Shown here: positions 12,001 through 24,965 of the stretch, in pieces
Layout: each line of letters opens with the position of its first letter
Position numbering within the stretch: the first letter of the stretch is position 1
Source of the DNA: Fimicolochytrium jonesii
Lineage: Eukaryota
NCBI RefSeq assembly: GCF_025526975.1
Contig: NW_026515670.1
Span: forward strand, 1,364,001 to 1,428,000
Length of the DNA: 64,000 nt
Reading direction: 5' to 3'
Made by a program: the position numbers and the translations under genes
Notes under the pieces: generated by a model
Told to the model about the DNA's origin: nothing
Databases searched by the model: none
What the model saw: only the letters and a program-made list of their open reading frames with translations

Positions 12001-14621
12001 CCACCCGCCTCTTCAGCCACCCAGACCACCGCGATCGCCTCACCCTCGCCAACGCCGAATTCGCCCTCGCGCGCTCCGACCCCGACGCCGCCCTCGCCGT
12101 CCTCGCTACCATCCACCCGGACACACCCTCCTACATAGCGGCCAAGAAACTGATGGCGGAGATTTATTTGACGCATAAGCGGGATAAGAAGGGGTATGCG
12201 AGGTGTTATTCGGAGCTGGTGGAGCGGAACCCGACTGTGGAGAGTTGTTTGCTGTTGGGGGATGCGTATATGAATTTGCAGGAGCCGGAGAAGGCGATTG
12301 CAATATATGAGAGTGCGATGGATGCGAGTCCGGAGGCGGGGATTTTGGCGGCGAAGGTGGGGAAGGCGCTTGTTAGGACCCATAATTATCAGAGGGTACG
12401 TTGCGTGGTGTTTTGGAGATTTCGGGCAGGATTCAATATGCGGGATTGATCTTTGATTCCTACTCGTGCATTAGGCTATCAGTTACTATCAATCCGGTCT
12501 AGCGACCGATTCACCCCACAACACAACCTTTCGGTACGATCTTGCCGAGCTGTATTTCAAGCTGCAGAGACACGAGAATGCCGACACGCTCTTGGAAGAG
12601 GCCATCGCAATCGCCGAATGTAAGCTATGCGCGATCAAACCCGGGGCATGTCCGGAGGCAACAAACTGATGCCATCTTCGCTGCATTTGATCATTCTTTT
12701 AGCTGAAGAAAGCCGCGACAACGAATACATCGTTCGAACCCTCCTGCTCCTAGCAAAAGTCCGCACCGCCAAGCAGCAGTTCGAGAGCGCCTTGGCCACA
12801 TTAGAAAAAGCTCGGGATTTGCAGATACAGTGCGTTTGGCATCCAAACCATCATTGACATGTCATTCAAGTAAATAACGACGTGAAATTCTTTTGCCAGT
12901 CTAGCGTCGAAGGAATCTGTGGTCGCAGAAAACAGGAATCAACAAGCGATACTGTCGCAAATCAATGTGGAGATTGCGGATCTGCTCGCTAACGTGTTGA
13001 AAGATACGGAGCGGGCGATTGTGCATTACAATGAGGCTGTGGAGCAGAATCCGGGGGATGAAAAGGTAGAAAGCGAAATAATCGGGGTCGCATATCTTCC
13101 CCAACCCCTCCCGAAAACAAACTAACCTAAATGTCCACCCCAGGCAACAATCTCCCTCTGCCGCCTCCACCTAACCACAGCCACCCTCCTCCCCGCACAA
13201 CAGCACTGCGCCAACCTCCTCCGCCTCAACCCCTCCTCCGAGCCCGCCACCATCCTCATGGCCGATATCATGGCCCTCAAGAACTCCTACAACGAGAGCA
13301 TCGCGTATTTCCGGCAACTGCTGGAAAAATCACCCGCGAATTACGCGGCCCTCGCGCGCCTGATTGAGACGATGAGAAGGAATGGGACACTGAGTGAGGT
13401 GGATGGATTTTTGAAAAGTGCGGAGGGAAGCTCGGTTAAGGTGCATTTGCATCCGGGGTATCATTTTTGTAAGGGGTTGCATTTTAGGTGGGTACTCATT
13501 TCACATCTGTTGTTTGTTGAGACCGCCTTTGTTGCAGTGGCGATTGAGCCGACGAGGCAGTGCTCTCACATGCCCTCTTTCGTACCCGTAGATACACCAA
13601 CGCAACCAATGAAGCCCTCAAAGAGTTCAACTTCTGCCGCAAGGACGCCGAATGGGGCGAACGTGCCCTCTACCACATGATCGAGATCTTCCTCAACCCG
13701 GACAACGAGACAATAGGCGGGGAGGCGTTGGATGCTGCGACGGACGCGGCAGCCGCGGGGAGTAGCGCGAAGGGGAGCGAGGAGGTGTTGGCGGTGTTAA
13801 CGGCTGATAAGCTTTTGAAGGTTGGTTTTTGGATGGTCCGCAGGGCGATCCAGGTTGAACGACAGCGCACTAATTGCTACGTCTTTCTTTGTCTTGAATC
13901 ACAGGAACTGCCGCAGAACCCCAAATCCCTCCGCACGCAGATCCTCGAAGGCAACGCTATGCTCGCCACAAAGCAGAAAGCAGACATTGAAAGAGCCGTC
14001 ACTCATTTTACCGAGATCCTCACGGTTGAGAAGGATTACGTCCCTGCGTTACTCGTACGTCCCAATCGCACCGCATATGCATCATATTCGCACGTTCAAA
14101 TCGGCAATAAACTAACCCCTCACGGCGAATCACTCACAAAAAAAAACCAGGGCCTAGCAACAGCCCACATGCTCCTCAAACAATCCCCACGAGCGCGCAA
14201 CCACCTCAAACGCATCTCCAAAATGGACTGGTCCCCGCAGTTCGCCTCCGAATTCGAGCAAACCTGGCTCCTCCTCGCCGACATCAACATCCAAGCCCAG
14301 AAATATGAGCCCGCAACAACCTACCTCACCCTCCTCCTCACCCACAACAAATCCTCCGCCCGCGCGCTGGAGTACCTCGGTCTCATCCACGAGCGGCAAT
14401 CGCAGTTCACAGACGCTGCAAGGGTCTACAATGATGCGTGGACGCTGGATGGGAAGATTAACCCGGCGTTGGGGTATAAGCTGGCGTTTAATCTGATGAA
14501 GGTGAAGAAGTTTGTGGAGGCGGTTGATGTGTGTCATAGGGTGTTAGGAATGTACCCGGAGTATCCGAAGATGAGGGGGGAGGTGTTGGGGAGGGCGAGG
14601 GCTATGCTGAGGTGTCCGTGA
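9087..14621 (+). CDS. TTC21B: Tetratricopeptide repeat protein 21B / IFT139 (IFT-A subunit), many exons
   Basis: N-terminus MNAEEDFAA|INYYCRRKLYHHV..DPLLIFWKA; multiple TPR exons; LSYDFKVREVPLFH; HPGYHFCKGL; IEIFLNPDNETIGGE; C-terminus GYKLAFNLMKVKKFVEAVDVCHRVLGMYPEYPKMRGEVLGRARAMLRCP. Confidence 0.93.
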
Positions 14622-15314
14622 GGTGGGATGATAGGGTTATTATTGCGGAGAGGGCGGGCCAGTGTGGGAAAGGGATTTTTTGTACATAGACAATACCACC
14701 GTTGATGGAAGATTTTTGGGTATTATCAATGAATGTGAACATCAGATCTGTTCTTCGCACATTGGATAGCGGTCGGAGGGGGGAGGAAGGGCATTCGAGA
14801 AGAGAGGGAGCAACCGTTCTTTCCTACGCACATATACAGAAAGACGGTTCTCATTTCCGCCCAGAAGTTTGACATGTGTGGCACGCGAAGCTCCCACCTC
14901 AAGATCAAGGCAAAGCGTAACCGCCAAGACGAATGCAGCACGGTTCACAAACGAGTCTGCACCCATATCCACGCACTTACCTTTTTACGCACTCCTCTGC
15001 GCCGTTTTCACAAACTCCGTCCTCCCATGAGTGTATTGCCCTGCCATCCGCAAAATCACCACTGGAAAACCTGCCCATTCCCGCGCTCACCTCGTCCGCA
15101 ATTCCCTCTCGGTGAGCTATGTGTTAACGCGAGACTTTGGCAAGAACACCCAGCTTCTCACAATCGTATGCAAAAACGGGCGATCTTACCCTTTCCCCAA
15201 CTTACATCTTTTCCCGATGCCCGCGGGCAACTTACCTCCGCTAACTAAAGACCAGCTGCAACCAGACTCCTGGAAAGTAAAAGAAATTGGAAGAGGGACG
15301 GAAGGTCAGTGCGT

Positions 15315-15322
15315 CTTTTATA
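15315..15322 (-). promoter_or_regulatory. TATA box (TATAAAAG) of a putative ORF-less spliced transcript
   Basis: TATAAAAG on the minus strand, followed 28 nt later by TTTCTTTTACTTTCC and then by strong donors (GAG|GTAAGT 15235, AAG|GTAAGT 14980). Confidence 0.4.
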
Positions 15323-16264
15323 CGGGGAACCAGCCGGTGCCATCCAGTCGCAAACTCCATGTTATGCTTATCGAATGTGCTTACGAGACGCGTCAACTCC
15401 GCGTCTGCCCCCAACAGCCCCTAACCCAAGCCCAACCCTCGTAGAGAATCCATCACCCAAGCGACCCGCACGGACGCGAACACCGTATATATATATAGTA
15501 TAGCCAAGAACACATGGCCGGTTGTTGTCTCTCGGGCGGCCTCCTTCTCTCCAAAAAAAGAAGGGGTAAACCGCCGTCCGCACCTCGACGGATCGACCAG
15601 GAAGCCATCCATCGAAAGGCGCAAATCACGAAGATAATAAGATAGAAAAACATGTGAGAGGTGAGTGACGGTGCAATTACCTCCCAAACCAACATTTTCA
15701 GCGTGCCTCGTTGATTGAGGACCCTGACCCTCTTACCGAGACCTCCCAGTACGTTCTCGATCGTCTTGGAAGGGCTGGAAAAGCTTCTTCTGAGTCGAGG
15801 GACAGGAGCAGGTGACAGATGTTCTGAAGAAAGGACCCCTGCTTGCGGCGGATATGTGGAAGCATTTTTCTACAATCTCGCAGTCTTGCGCGAAACGCCA
15901 ATTCACCGCACCAAAGGTCTTTTCTCACCACGCGCCGAGTTTTCCCTCTCATGGGATGCGCTCTCAACAACAAATTGTCATTCAACAGTATCATTTCAGA
16001 GATGTCTAGCATTCAGGTATTTTCTTATCCCGGCCTATATTGGTGTATACATGCCCCCGCAAAAGCTAAAGGGAAACAGAAAAAGCGGCTCTACAAAAAC
16101 CCAGGGCGGGCAAAGCTACAGTTCACTAGGGTGTACATGCAATGGACAGTGAGGGATGGGCTGGGGCGATCAACGCGTTTTGCATAGTGTACATAGAAGC
16201 GTGTTACAACCGTACACCACAACGTTCAGTATGTGGTGTATGTGATGGTGGTTTGGCAATACGA

Positions 16265-18423
16265 CTACCCATTCCCCTTCGGCTGCAACCACATCCGCCC
16301 CTCGCCCAACACCTCCAACGGAATCTTCGTCTTACTCCCATCGGTGCGTTGGACGCTCAACTCCGAACTTGTGATACCGACAATCTTGACCGAGAGTTTG
16401 GACCCGTTGTCGTGCAGGTAGACTTTGTTCGATTTTCGGAAGGCGTGGCCGTTGCAGCGAAGGGTCTCGCCGTCGACGCGGATGTCGGTGGATAGGTAGG
16501 GTGGTGGTATGCCGGCGGCGGCGGCGGCGGCTGCTGCGGAAGAGGAGGTGGGGGGGTGATGTATTGGTGGTGGAGGGAGGTGTATTGGGTAGTGGTGGTG
16601 TTGGGAATAGGGTGGGGAGTGTGGGTGGGGTTGGGGTGGCGAAGAGGAGTGGTGATGGTGCTGGTATCCGTGTTGATGTTGTCCGTAGTGGTGGGGGTGG
16701 TGATGTGGCTGTTGGTATTGCTGCAAGTTTGCGGGAATCGTTTCGACGCTTCGCGGTATCGTGACGATCCCGCTGGACTTCTCGTCGTTGCCCTGCGGTA
16801 TGGAGGCATCGCGGGTCCGCGCGGGGGATGATTTGGGTATTGAGTCGTTGGTGGTATTTGATGGTTTGTGGGTGGATTGATGTTTCTTGCGTGATGGTGG
16901 TGCTGTGGGTGCTGCAGCTGGCGGTTTGGTTATGAGCTGAAGAGGGCGGGTCTCCCAGATTAGTCACTGCGGCTTAGGAAGTAAGCGAACTAACTCAAAG
17001 CGATACGCACCCCAAGAACTTCGAGATCCTCATTGATCTCACTCTTCGTGAGCCCACTCACGGTGGCAGATGGGAACCCGCCTTTCTCCATCACGACCTT
17101 CCAGTCACTGATCTCATTCTTCATGAATTTCCGCCGTTTCAAGCAGGAACTCCGATCTGGTAGGAAGGTTGTCGGGTAGCCTAGGTCATGAATGATGTCA
17201 GGCTTGCTGCTGTTGAGGATTCTCCGATTTCTGTGTCGGTTGAGTGTGACGTACCTAGTTCGGCTATTTGCAAAGCGCGACGCTCTTCCACCATTTTCCA
17301 CCGCTTGGTATTTATTTCACGAAGCATTTTTCGTCTCTCGTCAGCACGGCGACACTGGAATGTGAACAAGCGTTGAATATGGGTTCATGAGACGTACAAG
17401 AAGCCAATGCAGAACTTACGATGAAGTCTGACTGAGACTGCGTAATGGTTGCCTCGAATTGTCGCTGGTAGAAGAGCTTCTCCTCCTTGAGCCGTGCTGC
17501 CGCAGCTGCCAAGCGCTCTGCTTTCTTTTCTTCCAGTTCTGCAACTTGCACGAGCAAAGTGGCATGTTGACCTATCGTTTTGTGGACAAAAGTCAATAAC
17601 TGTCACTGTATGGCGCAGTCTTATAAGTGGCAAACAGCTAACCAAGCTCAATAGCGCTCTCCTCCGCTTCGATCTCCGCAAGCTTTTCTTGGTACATTCT
17701 GTAGGACGTTGGGGGGATCGCAAGTAAGTTCCAATGCATTGAGGCGAACATGGTCGGAAAACGCCCTTCAAGCCACTGGCTGCAGCTAAGAATGACTCAC
17801 GCTTCTCGGAATTTCGCAAACGCATTCTCGATTTCCGTTAAAGCCTTCAATGCTTCCTTCCGTGCGGCCTCGTGTTCATCGTCTAAGGAGTGGGGAGCGA
17901 GTCAGTTGGCCGTCTTCACGAAGAGGTCTTCACGCAATGCTGAGATCATACCTTCAGCCATTTGTTCAGCGGTTCTTGGTGGTTGATGACCATGCCGAGA
18001 CCGCTCTGACTTTGAGCGTTTATGCGGTCTTGCAGAAGGTTCCGCATCGGCAGAGTGCTTCGAAGGGGAAAGGAGCTTGCTAGGCGAAACGTCAAGGCTC
18101 TCTAGAGACACCAGAGACAGCGTCCGTTCCGGTTCTGGCGGCACGGCAAACTTGACGTCCTCTACAGTTACTGAAAGCGTTTCCACGGCAGTTTGAGACG
18201 ACGCCTCTTCGACGCCATGTATCGACCGAGAAGCCTCGAACAGGTCAGGCTCTGCCTTCAGTTGTGCCAGCATGTCGTCAGGCGTGGCAGCGGGGGCGTC
18301 TGGCAGAAATAGGTCTTGAGGCGGTTGAGGTTTTTCTTTTTCCGTCGTTGCCCCAGGAAGCTCAGGACTTTGTATTGCTTCTCCTTCTTGTGGTCCACCG
18401 ACAGTCGCTGCCTCGGCCTCCAT
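16265..18423 (-). CDS. SDS3: Sds3/BRMS1-family subunit of the Sin3-Rpd3L HDAC complex
   Basis: Coiled-coil Sds3 domain (AFAKFRE..YQEKLAEIEAEESAIELGQHATLLVQVAELEEKK), GLTKSEINEDL and C-terminal beta module DIRVDGETLRCNGHAFRKSNKVYL..ELSVQRTDGSKTKIPL. Confidence 0.8.
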
Positions 18424-20351
18424 ATCCCGACCCTTACTTTAGAGACTACCGCGCATGCAGTGGCTCTGACACGAGCGAGGGTGAGGAGGTGGCGGAATGG
18501 AGAGGACGGGAACGGAAGCGGGAACGGGTAGGCAAGAGTTGCAGACCAGCTAGCAGCGACGCAGTGGGTAATGGGGACGGTATGGCGGCCGGTGTGCCAG
18601 TGTGCCGTGGATTCCGCCTTGAACAGATTCTCGGAAGTAAGAAAACCGGAATGACCGCAGTGTTCGAGAGGCAATGCCCTGGGATTTTTGCAGTGTGGGA
18701 GTGATTGCTGGTGCCAGTTACGAAGCAAGCTGAACGAAGCAGCGAGAACGAAGGGAGGCGGTGGTTGAGGTTTCTGGACGGCTGAGGGTTGAAGAAAAGC
18801 TCTTTTTTGGGGGGGAAATTGTGAGCGAGAGGAGTTGCTTTGGAGTCCTCCCAGCGAGCGTGCGCTTTGGGCCCTTTTGGCCTCTCGAGAGAGACTGCCC
18901 CTGCAAAGTGATGACAGGACAGGCAGACAAGCCGTCAGCACTAAATAATCAGACGCGCCCCCCCAGTTCGTCTCGCAGCTCTCGGGCAGATCGCAGGCTA
19001 CTCCAATTGCCCCGTAAACAGCACAGGTACAGTATATACAAGTCGAAAGACGTCGCATATTAGCTGGCTCTAATCAAGCGGTCTGCGGCCCTGTCTGCCC
19101 TGTCCTTCGTTTCTGTTCATACGCAAACGCAACTTGAACTTTCTGAGCGCATCGTTGACCCGGCTCGATCGATTTTCCCACGCTCGCCGTAAAACAAAAT
19201 TGCATCTTCGGAACGGTGCAAGGGCTGCTTTAGAAACCTCAACCAGGACAACGGCGTATCTATGTAATCGGACAATGTCAGGTAATGTAAGACGCCCCCG
19301 CCCGAGTTGCAGTTTCCTGGACACCACAACTTCGCTTCCGCAACTGTTCTTTATAAGGAGGGTACGGGTTTGCCCATACACTGCTGCGTCGATCTATTTC
19401 CTCCTGTAGGGTTTATTGAAGATAGGCGCACGACCGCCAAGTATCATGAGACCTATGAGAGATTCGTTCAGGCCAGCGCCTTCTGGATTGATTGGGCATG
19501 AACGACACCGGAAAACCCGGATAAATTTCGGTCAGAAAGTTCTCGCACAAAGGTAAGCTACCTGTGTTGCAAGTACCATGACCGACTTAACGTTTTTTGC
19601 AGGATCCATGAGCCTACCTACTGGAATGCCGCCGTTCGTCATTCCATCTGAGACATGGGTAGTATGTCACGTCCAGCGCAGGTTCGCCTACTTGTAGCGG
19701 CAATGATGCGCATCGAAACGCCGTTGGAGTGGAAGCGGAACCTCATCCTCATCATCCTCATCCTCATCCTTCGACGTGCATCTTTTCCAATTGGGAATCA
19801 TAATAATTCAAATGACCCCGCCATGCTCTACTGGGCGGTTAGCGAAACAGGAATTAATCTCGGAGTACTGCCTCGATTGCCTACCTTACGCAAGTCAGCC
19901 CTCCACGAAGAGCGTTGGAGTATCTTTCTGTGGTTCTGACGGTACTCACGGGGTACTCAACCTTGTGTTCATTGTCGAAGATCCATTTGGGAGTTTTACC
20001 ATGCCTGAGACGCGGACTAACCGTTGTGTATCTGCTCAACGCCCAACATGGAAATACTTTCGCTGATCTCCGACAAAGTGGAGGAGGGCTGAAAGCCATA
20101 AGAGACTTTAAAGCCCGCCTGCGGTTTGAATATCAAAGCAGGCCCGAGTCGGGCATAACGTCTCCGTTGCGGCTTGAGGTTGGGAAACTTGAGGGACGCG
20201 ACGCTGACTCTGGTCAAACGCGTCGTAAGCAACCTCACACAATCGCAACCTTCGTTTCCGTTTTTCGTTCAACACCTCATAACCCCTGGCCCGACGCCCG
20301 ACTTATGGTATCTGTTACCGACTGTGCAAGTCGCTTACCGCCCCGCTGCTC

Positions 20352-20359
20352 TATAAAAG
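20352..20359 (+). promoter_or_regulatory. TATA box (TATAAAAG) of a putative ORF-less transcript
   Basis: CTATAAAAGG, the same context as the U1 promoter here, followed 28 nt later by TTTCTTTTCTCTCCC. Confidence 0.4.
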
Positions 20360-21182
20360 GCACCGCGAGCAGCTGTGGCTGTTCACGTTTCTTTTCTCTC
20401 CCGGAGCCTTCTGGTCGGGGAGTTATATAAGTAAAGCGCGCCGGAATGCTTTTTGGGAGTGATTGCAAAGCGGAAGGGTGAAGAATCCATTGGCGTAACT
20501 TCAAGTTGGCCCATTGGCTGACATCGCAAGGATTAAGCGGTATGTTACTGCAGGACAGGTGAGTGGTGGGTGCAACTACCAATTGACTCATGAGCGTAGG
20601 TCATCTGGGGAAGTGCGTACTGTGTACATCTTGGAGAAGGAAAGCCCTCAATCGCTCTCAAAAGGAATCTGGATTCACGTAGAGATGACTACAAAGCTTA
20701 GCAGAGAATTCTCTCTCCGGAGTCCGTGGCAAGTCGATAGGCCGTTGTCTCGAGGAGCATGTTGAGGCTCAAGCCGCACACTTGCAGGGGTTTTACTGTA
20801 TGTACAGTACCTTTTGCTATTCCACGCGTTATATTGCGGAAGTTGTATGCGACGCGTTGGATCGGACAACCCTGTGCGTGGCTTCCCACCTTGCGCTATC
20901 AACTCCGCTGCGCTTGCATATGCATACAGTACTGTACAGTACTGAGTACAACGCCGCTTTTACGCCGTTCACGGTATCCCGCTTCTCGATATAATGGCCA
21001 AGTTGAAGGCGGCCTGCATCACACTGGAACTTCCAGCTGAAGCGTTTGATCATCATGGACATTGAGTTCATTTACCATCCCCCCGTTCTCCCCCAACGTT
21101 TTTTTGAAATTCATCTCCGAACTTGAACATCATGAAAAGCAGCCGCAACGAGAAGAGTCCGCCTTCACCGCCTCCACATCAG

Positions 21183-21190
21183 TATAAAAG
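21183..21190 (+). promoter_or_regulatory. TATA box upstream of the pathogenesis-related gene
   Basis: TATAAAAG ~110 nt upstream of ATG 21298, followed by a pyrimidine-rich tract. Confidence 0.55.
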
Positions 21191-21297
21191 CAGAGCTCTC
21201 CCTCCTTGCCCGCCCTCTCTCACCGTCCACTCTCACCGTCCACATACCCTCAGCAAGCATAACACAACTACGGTTACAGTAGTACGACAACCCTAAG

Positions 21298-22194
21298 ATG
21301 ACTCTCCCCGATTTCATGGTCGATCCGGACGCCGTCCTGAAGGATGTCGACGTCGAGTGGCGTAACAAGCGCGCGCCGGATTACAAGAAGGTGAATCAGG
21401 CGTGGGTTGATGAGCGGAGTGTTGTTCACGAAGGTGGGTAGTAAATCAGATCGAATGCTTTGTTTGTCTTTATGACTGATATGAGGTTTTCACGCTCACA
21501 CACCATCCAAACCTCCATCTCCAATTCATCAGAGGGTTCTCTCCCCTGGCTCGTGCAGAACCTCGTCAAAAACTGGGAAAAAGAAGTCTCGTACAAGTCC
21601 AACCCCGCGCAATGGCGCACGGTCGACCTCACCTCGTTCACGTTCCAGACCAACGGCGGGCCCGTGATGGACCTGGCCGCGTTCTCCCAAACGGGGTCCT
21701 ACAACGCCCTCATCGGCGAATCCGAACTCTACTCGTCGACCCACTCCGACTTCATCGAGTCCCACAAGACATTCAAGCGCGCGCTCCGCACGTTCAGTTG
21801 GGAGGTGTTGGAGGTCTACTCCGGGCCCCCCGTCGTTGCGTTCAAGTGGCGCCACTGGGGGACGAGTGTCGGGAAATTCAAATCCATCACCCGCGATGGC
21901 CGGAAGATCGAGGCGGACCCGGTGAATAAGGTGGTTGCGGTCTTTGGGGTCACTGTGGCGGAGGTGACGGAGGATTTCAGAATCAAGCGGTTGGAGACGT
22001 TCTATGACCCTAGTGAACTGATTGCGCAGTTGACGAGGGAGTATAGGGTTTATGGACGGGTGGAGAAGGATGGGGTGGGGACGACGGATGATGTTGTTGT
22101 GGATGACGGGCCGGTGGATGAGAAGGCGTTGAAGGAGGCGACGGAGGCGATGGCGAAGTGTCCGTTCTTTAATGGGGCGAAGACTGAACAGTAA
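21298..22194 (+). CDS. Pathogenesis-related family protein (NTF2/SnoaL-like fold), 2 exons
   Basis: Exons 21298-21433 and 21533-22194: DPDAVLKDVDVEWRNKRAPDY..GSLPWLVQNLVKNWEKEVSYK..GSYNALI..SHKTFK..FSWEVLEVYSGPPVVAFKWRHWG; C-terminal KCPF. Confidence 0.8.
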
Positions 22195-22712
22195 AGTGAA
22201 GCATTAGAGTGGGCAGGCGTTTAGATAGACACCGTAGAAGTGCAGCGTAGCCCTTTTGTTTTGTAATCATAGATGAGGAGTGAATCCAACCAGAGTAATG
22301 CAACATAGAAATCACATCACTCTCCCCCAGGAACGGGTTTTGGTATTCCATCCAATGGTTGGTGCGCGAACAGCAGGTACGGACGATGCGAAACGCTCGA
22401 GACGCATGGCATGCATGGCACCTCTTCCAGGAAAATACAGTAGGTTGTGCCAAAACGCTGGTTACGACGGGCGCGTTGAAGAGCGTTGAAATTGACGGCA
22501 TTTGGGCAAGTAGTCGCGCCCCACTCAACCACCCTTCCTTGTAGACTTCCTTGACCTCCTCGAATTTACATGCACAGTGTTGCCAGGGTCGCAAGTCTCC
22601 AGGCCGGCGTTCAGTTTGCAGTCACCGGCCTCTGTTAGGTCCTGCGCCCAATTGGAGTAACAGACCTTGCAGAGTTTCCTTACCCCGTCGTTTTCTGACA
22701 AGCCGGCCACAA

Positions 22713-24171
22713 ATGTCCGTCTACCCCACGTTCGACCAACCGCCCTCTTCGCTGTTTCTGTCTCATACGACCACCGATATTCCCGCCGCTGTAGCTGCCA
22801 CGCACTCGTTCAACCATGCCGTGAGTGGAAGAGACCATGTCCTCAGTATGCTGTGAATTCCCTGGCTCAACAGCATTGTAGTTGGAGGTGATAATACCCC
22901 TGGACTGTGACGGTACCGCAGCGAAACAGATAGCCGCGGAGATCTCGAGGACATGCTCGGCGTTCTCGTACTACAAAGCATCGTTGCCCCTTTCTCACTT
23001 CCTTGATGAAACGTTCTTGAAAAATTATGTCCGGCAAGGTAACGTGCACCAGAAACCCCTTTCTCTGTATGAGGGACGTTATCTACATCGATACCTCTTC
23101 CATTCAGGCGGATTCACAGCATTACGAGTAAATGCTCGCCTAGATACGGACGATGTGTTTGCCATCCTTCCCACAGGCCACCTACTTCTGAGTTTGACGA
23201 AAGACACGTATGAATCGCTTGGGCTTGTGGGCAAGGCTTCTAAAAGCGGAGGAAGGCATGGTAAATATCTGGGGCCTTTGTGGGTGGAGACAGGGGAAGA
23301 GGGAAAGTCGCGGGCATTGAATGCATTTCTTCTCCCATATAGTCGTCAAGATAGACCTGTCGGACCCGTCATTCAAGCCTGGGGATAAGCACTACGATCG
23401 AGTGAAGTGGTGTTTTTCGCATACCATCAATCCCAGCATGAAATACGACTTTTACTTTTCTTTTGTGAACATCAGTGAGGGATCTTTCTTCACAATGTCG
23501 CCTTCACTCCCGATGCGCCGTGCTGATCCGTGTCTGCTCCAGCAACCAACCAATCAATAGACATCAACCCCGCTCACTTTCCAGCGGGAAGCAATCTCAC
23601 GAAATATTCGACTGGAACCCGTCAACGCATATACAACGACACGACAATGCCAGACAGCGCTTCCATACAACTTCGCTCATTTCAAAAGTCATCAAATAAC
23701 CCATCCGCAAAAGCGAGTTACTCGGCACTGGAACCCGCAGAACACGAAGAATGGAAATCACATGCGCTGGAACTCATAGAGTGGTTTGGCCTGCTGCTCT
23801 GTGACGACGATGGGGAGGATGACAAAGACACAGCGGAGGATATACCCGCCGACCCATTCTATTCCGTCTACACCATCCCCGAGCCCACGCGGACATCCTC
23901 CGTCATCCGCATCACCTCGAAGGGGTTCATCTCGACAGAGCAGATTACGAGTGTCCTGAAAACTATCAGAACCGCCTTATCTGCCTCCACATCGACTCCA
24001 ACGATTCCATGGGCACTTGTGGCAGCATGGGGGTTCCGCGATGCACCGGTATCGTTCAGAAACGCTGAGCACGGGTATGGCGAGAACGATTGGATGGTGC
24101 TGATGAAGCGGATGGAAGAAGGGTGTTTATTGGCGCAGGCTCTGGGAGCGGGTGATGCCTTCGTGGTATAG
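22713..24171 (+). CDS. RPP40: Ribonuclease P/MRP 40 kDa subunit
   Basis: HSFNHA|LEVIIP, LPLSHFLDETFLKNYVRQG, GHLLLSLTKDTYESLGLVG, ALELIEWFGLL, PWALVAAWGFRDAPVSF..EHGYGEND. Confidence 0.85.
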
Positions 24172-24965
24172 GGGGCGATCGACAGTAAATGAGGGCGGGT
24201 GAGATGCGTATATTGAGGCGGAGCAGAGGTATGTTTTAGATCTAGATCTAGACGCATGTTACGTTGTATATATGGAACTAGCGATACGGTGATCTTTGAA
24301 TGTTTTAAACGTCTGTCCGGGAGCTACGTAGTGGGGACATGAACACCAAACACAGCGGAGATGTTTCCCGCGATGTGGGAAGTTATCGGTGAACACGACT
24401 CCGTGGTTTTTGCATACATCCCGCCAGCCGGACATCCAGGAACTTTGCCTGTTCTTATCCGTATGCGGGAGGAGCCCGATCCCCAATGACTCCTCTCTAT
24501 GCCCGGCTTGAGGCGTTGTCGCATCGAGCTGTTGGCGTGCGCCAGATGTAAGGGCAGCCTCCGTACTGATCCCCGGACAGCGCTAAGACCTTTCCACATC
24601 GAACGCGAGAACATCATAAGCAGGCGCCAACGTTGTCACAGGGCTCATCTGTCCCTGTTTCCATGCTTCTACGTCGAAAAGTTCTCCGATATGTAGCCCG
24701 TCGAAGACCTAGCGAGAGTCCTGCGACGGGACAAGTGTTGTCGTTCACTTGGTGCTGGAGCTTGTTCGGCAAGTGAGCGGGCCGGCCGTTTGATCAATCA
24801 AAGGCCACGGTGAATTGATAGGAAACGTCCGCTCAGCCGTGGTATGATGTCAATGCGAGCCCTCTCTCCAAAATCCGTTATCACCGGGTATCCCCAACCC
24901 TCCCCAAAACCGCCCGATCCCTCTGTCCTGTCGTAGCCTATCCGCAATCTCTGCATATCCCTTCC

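Noticed and set aside
15418..15440. CCCTAACCCAAGCCCAACCC telomere-like or telomerase-template-like motif
   Set aside because: Degenerate; no 1.5-repeat template or supporting structure
19553..19602. Isolated intron-like element AAG|GTAAGC..TTAAC..GCAG
   Set aside because: No coding frame or ncRNA motif could be built around it
24420..24790. SECIS candidates (ATGA..AA..GA) downstream of the orphan gene
   Set aside because: Helix II pairing could not be formed by eye
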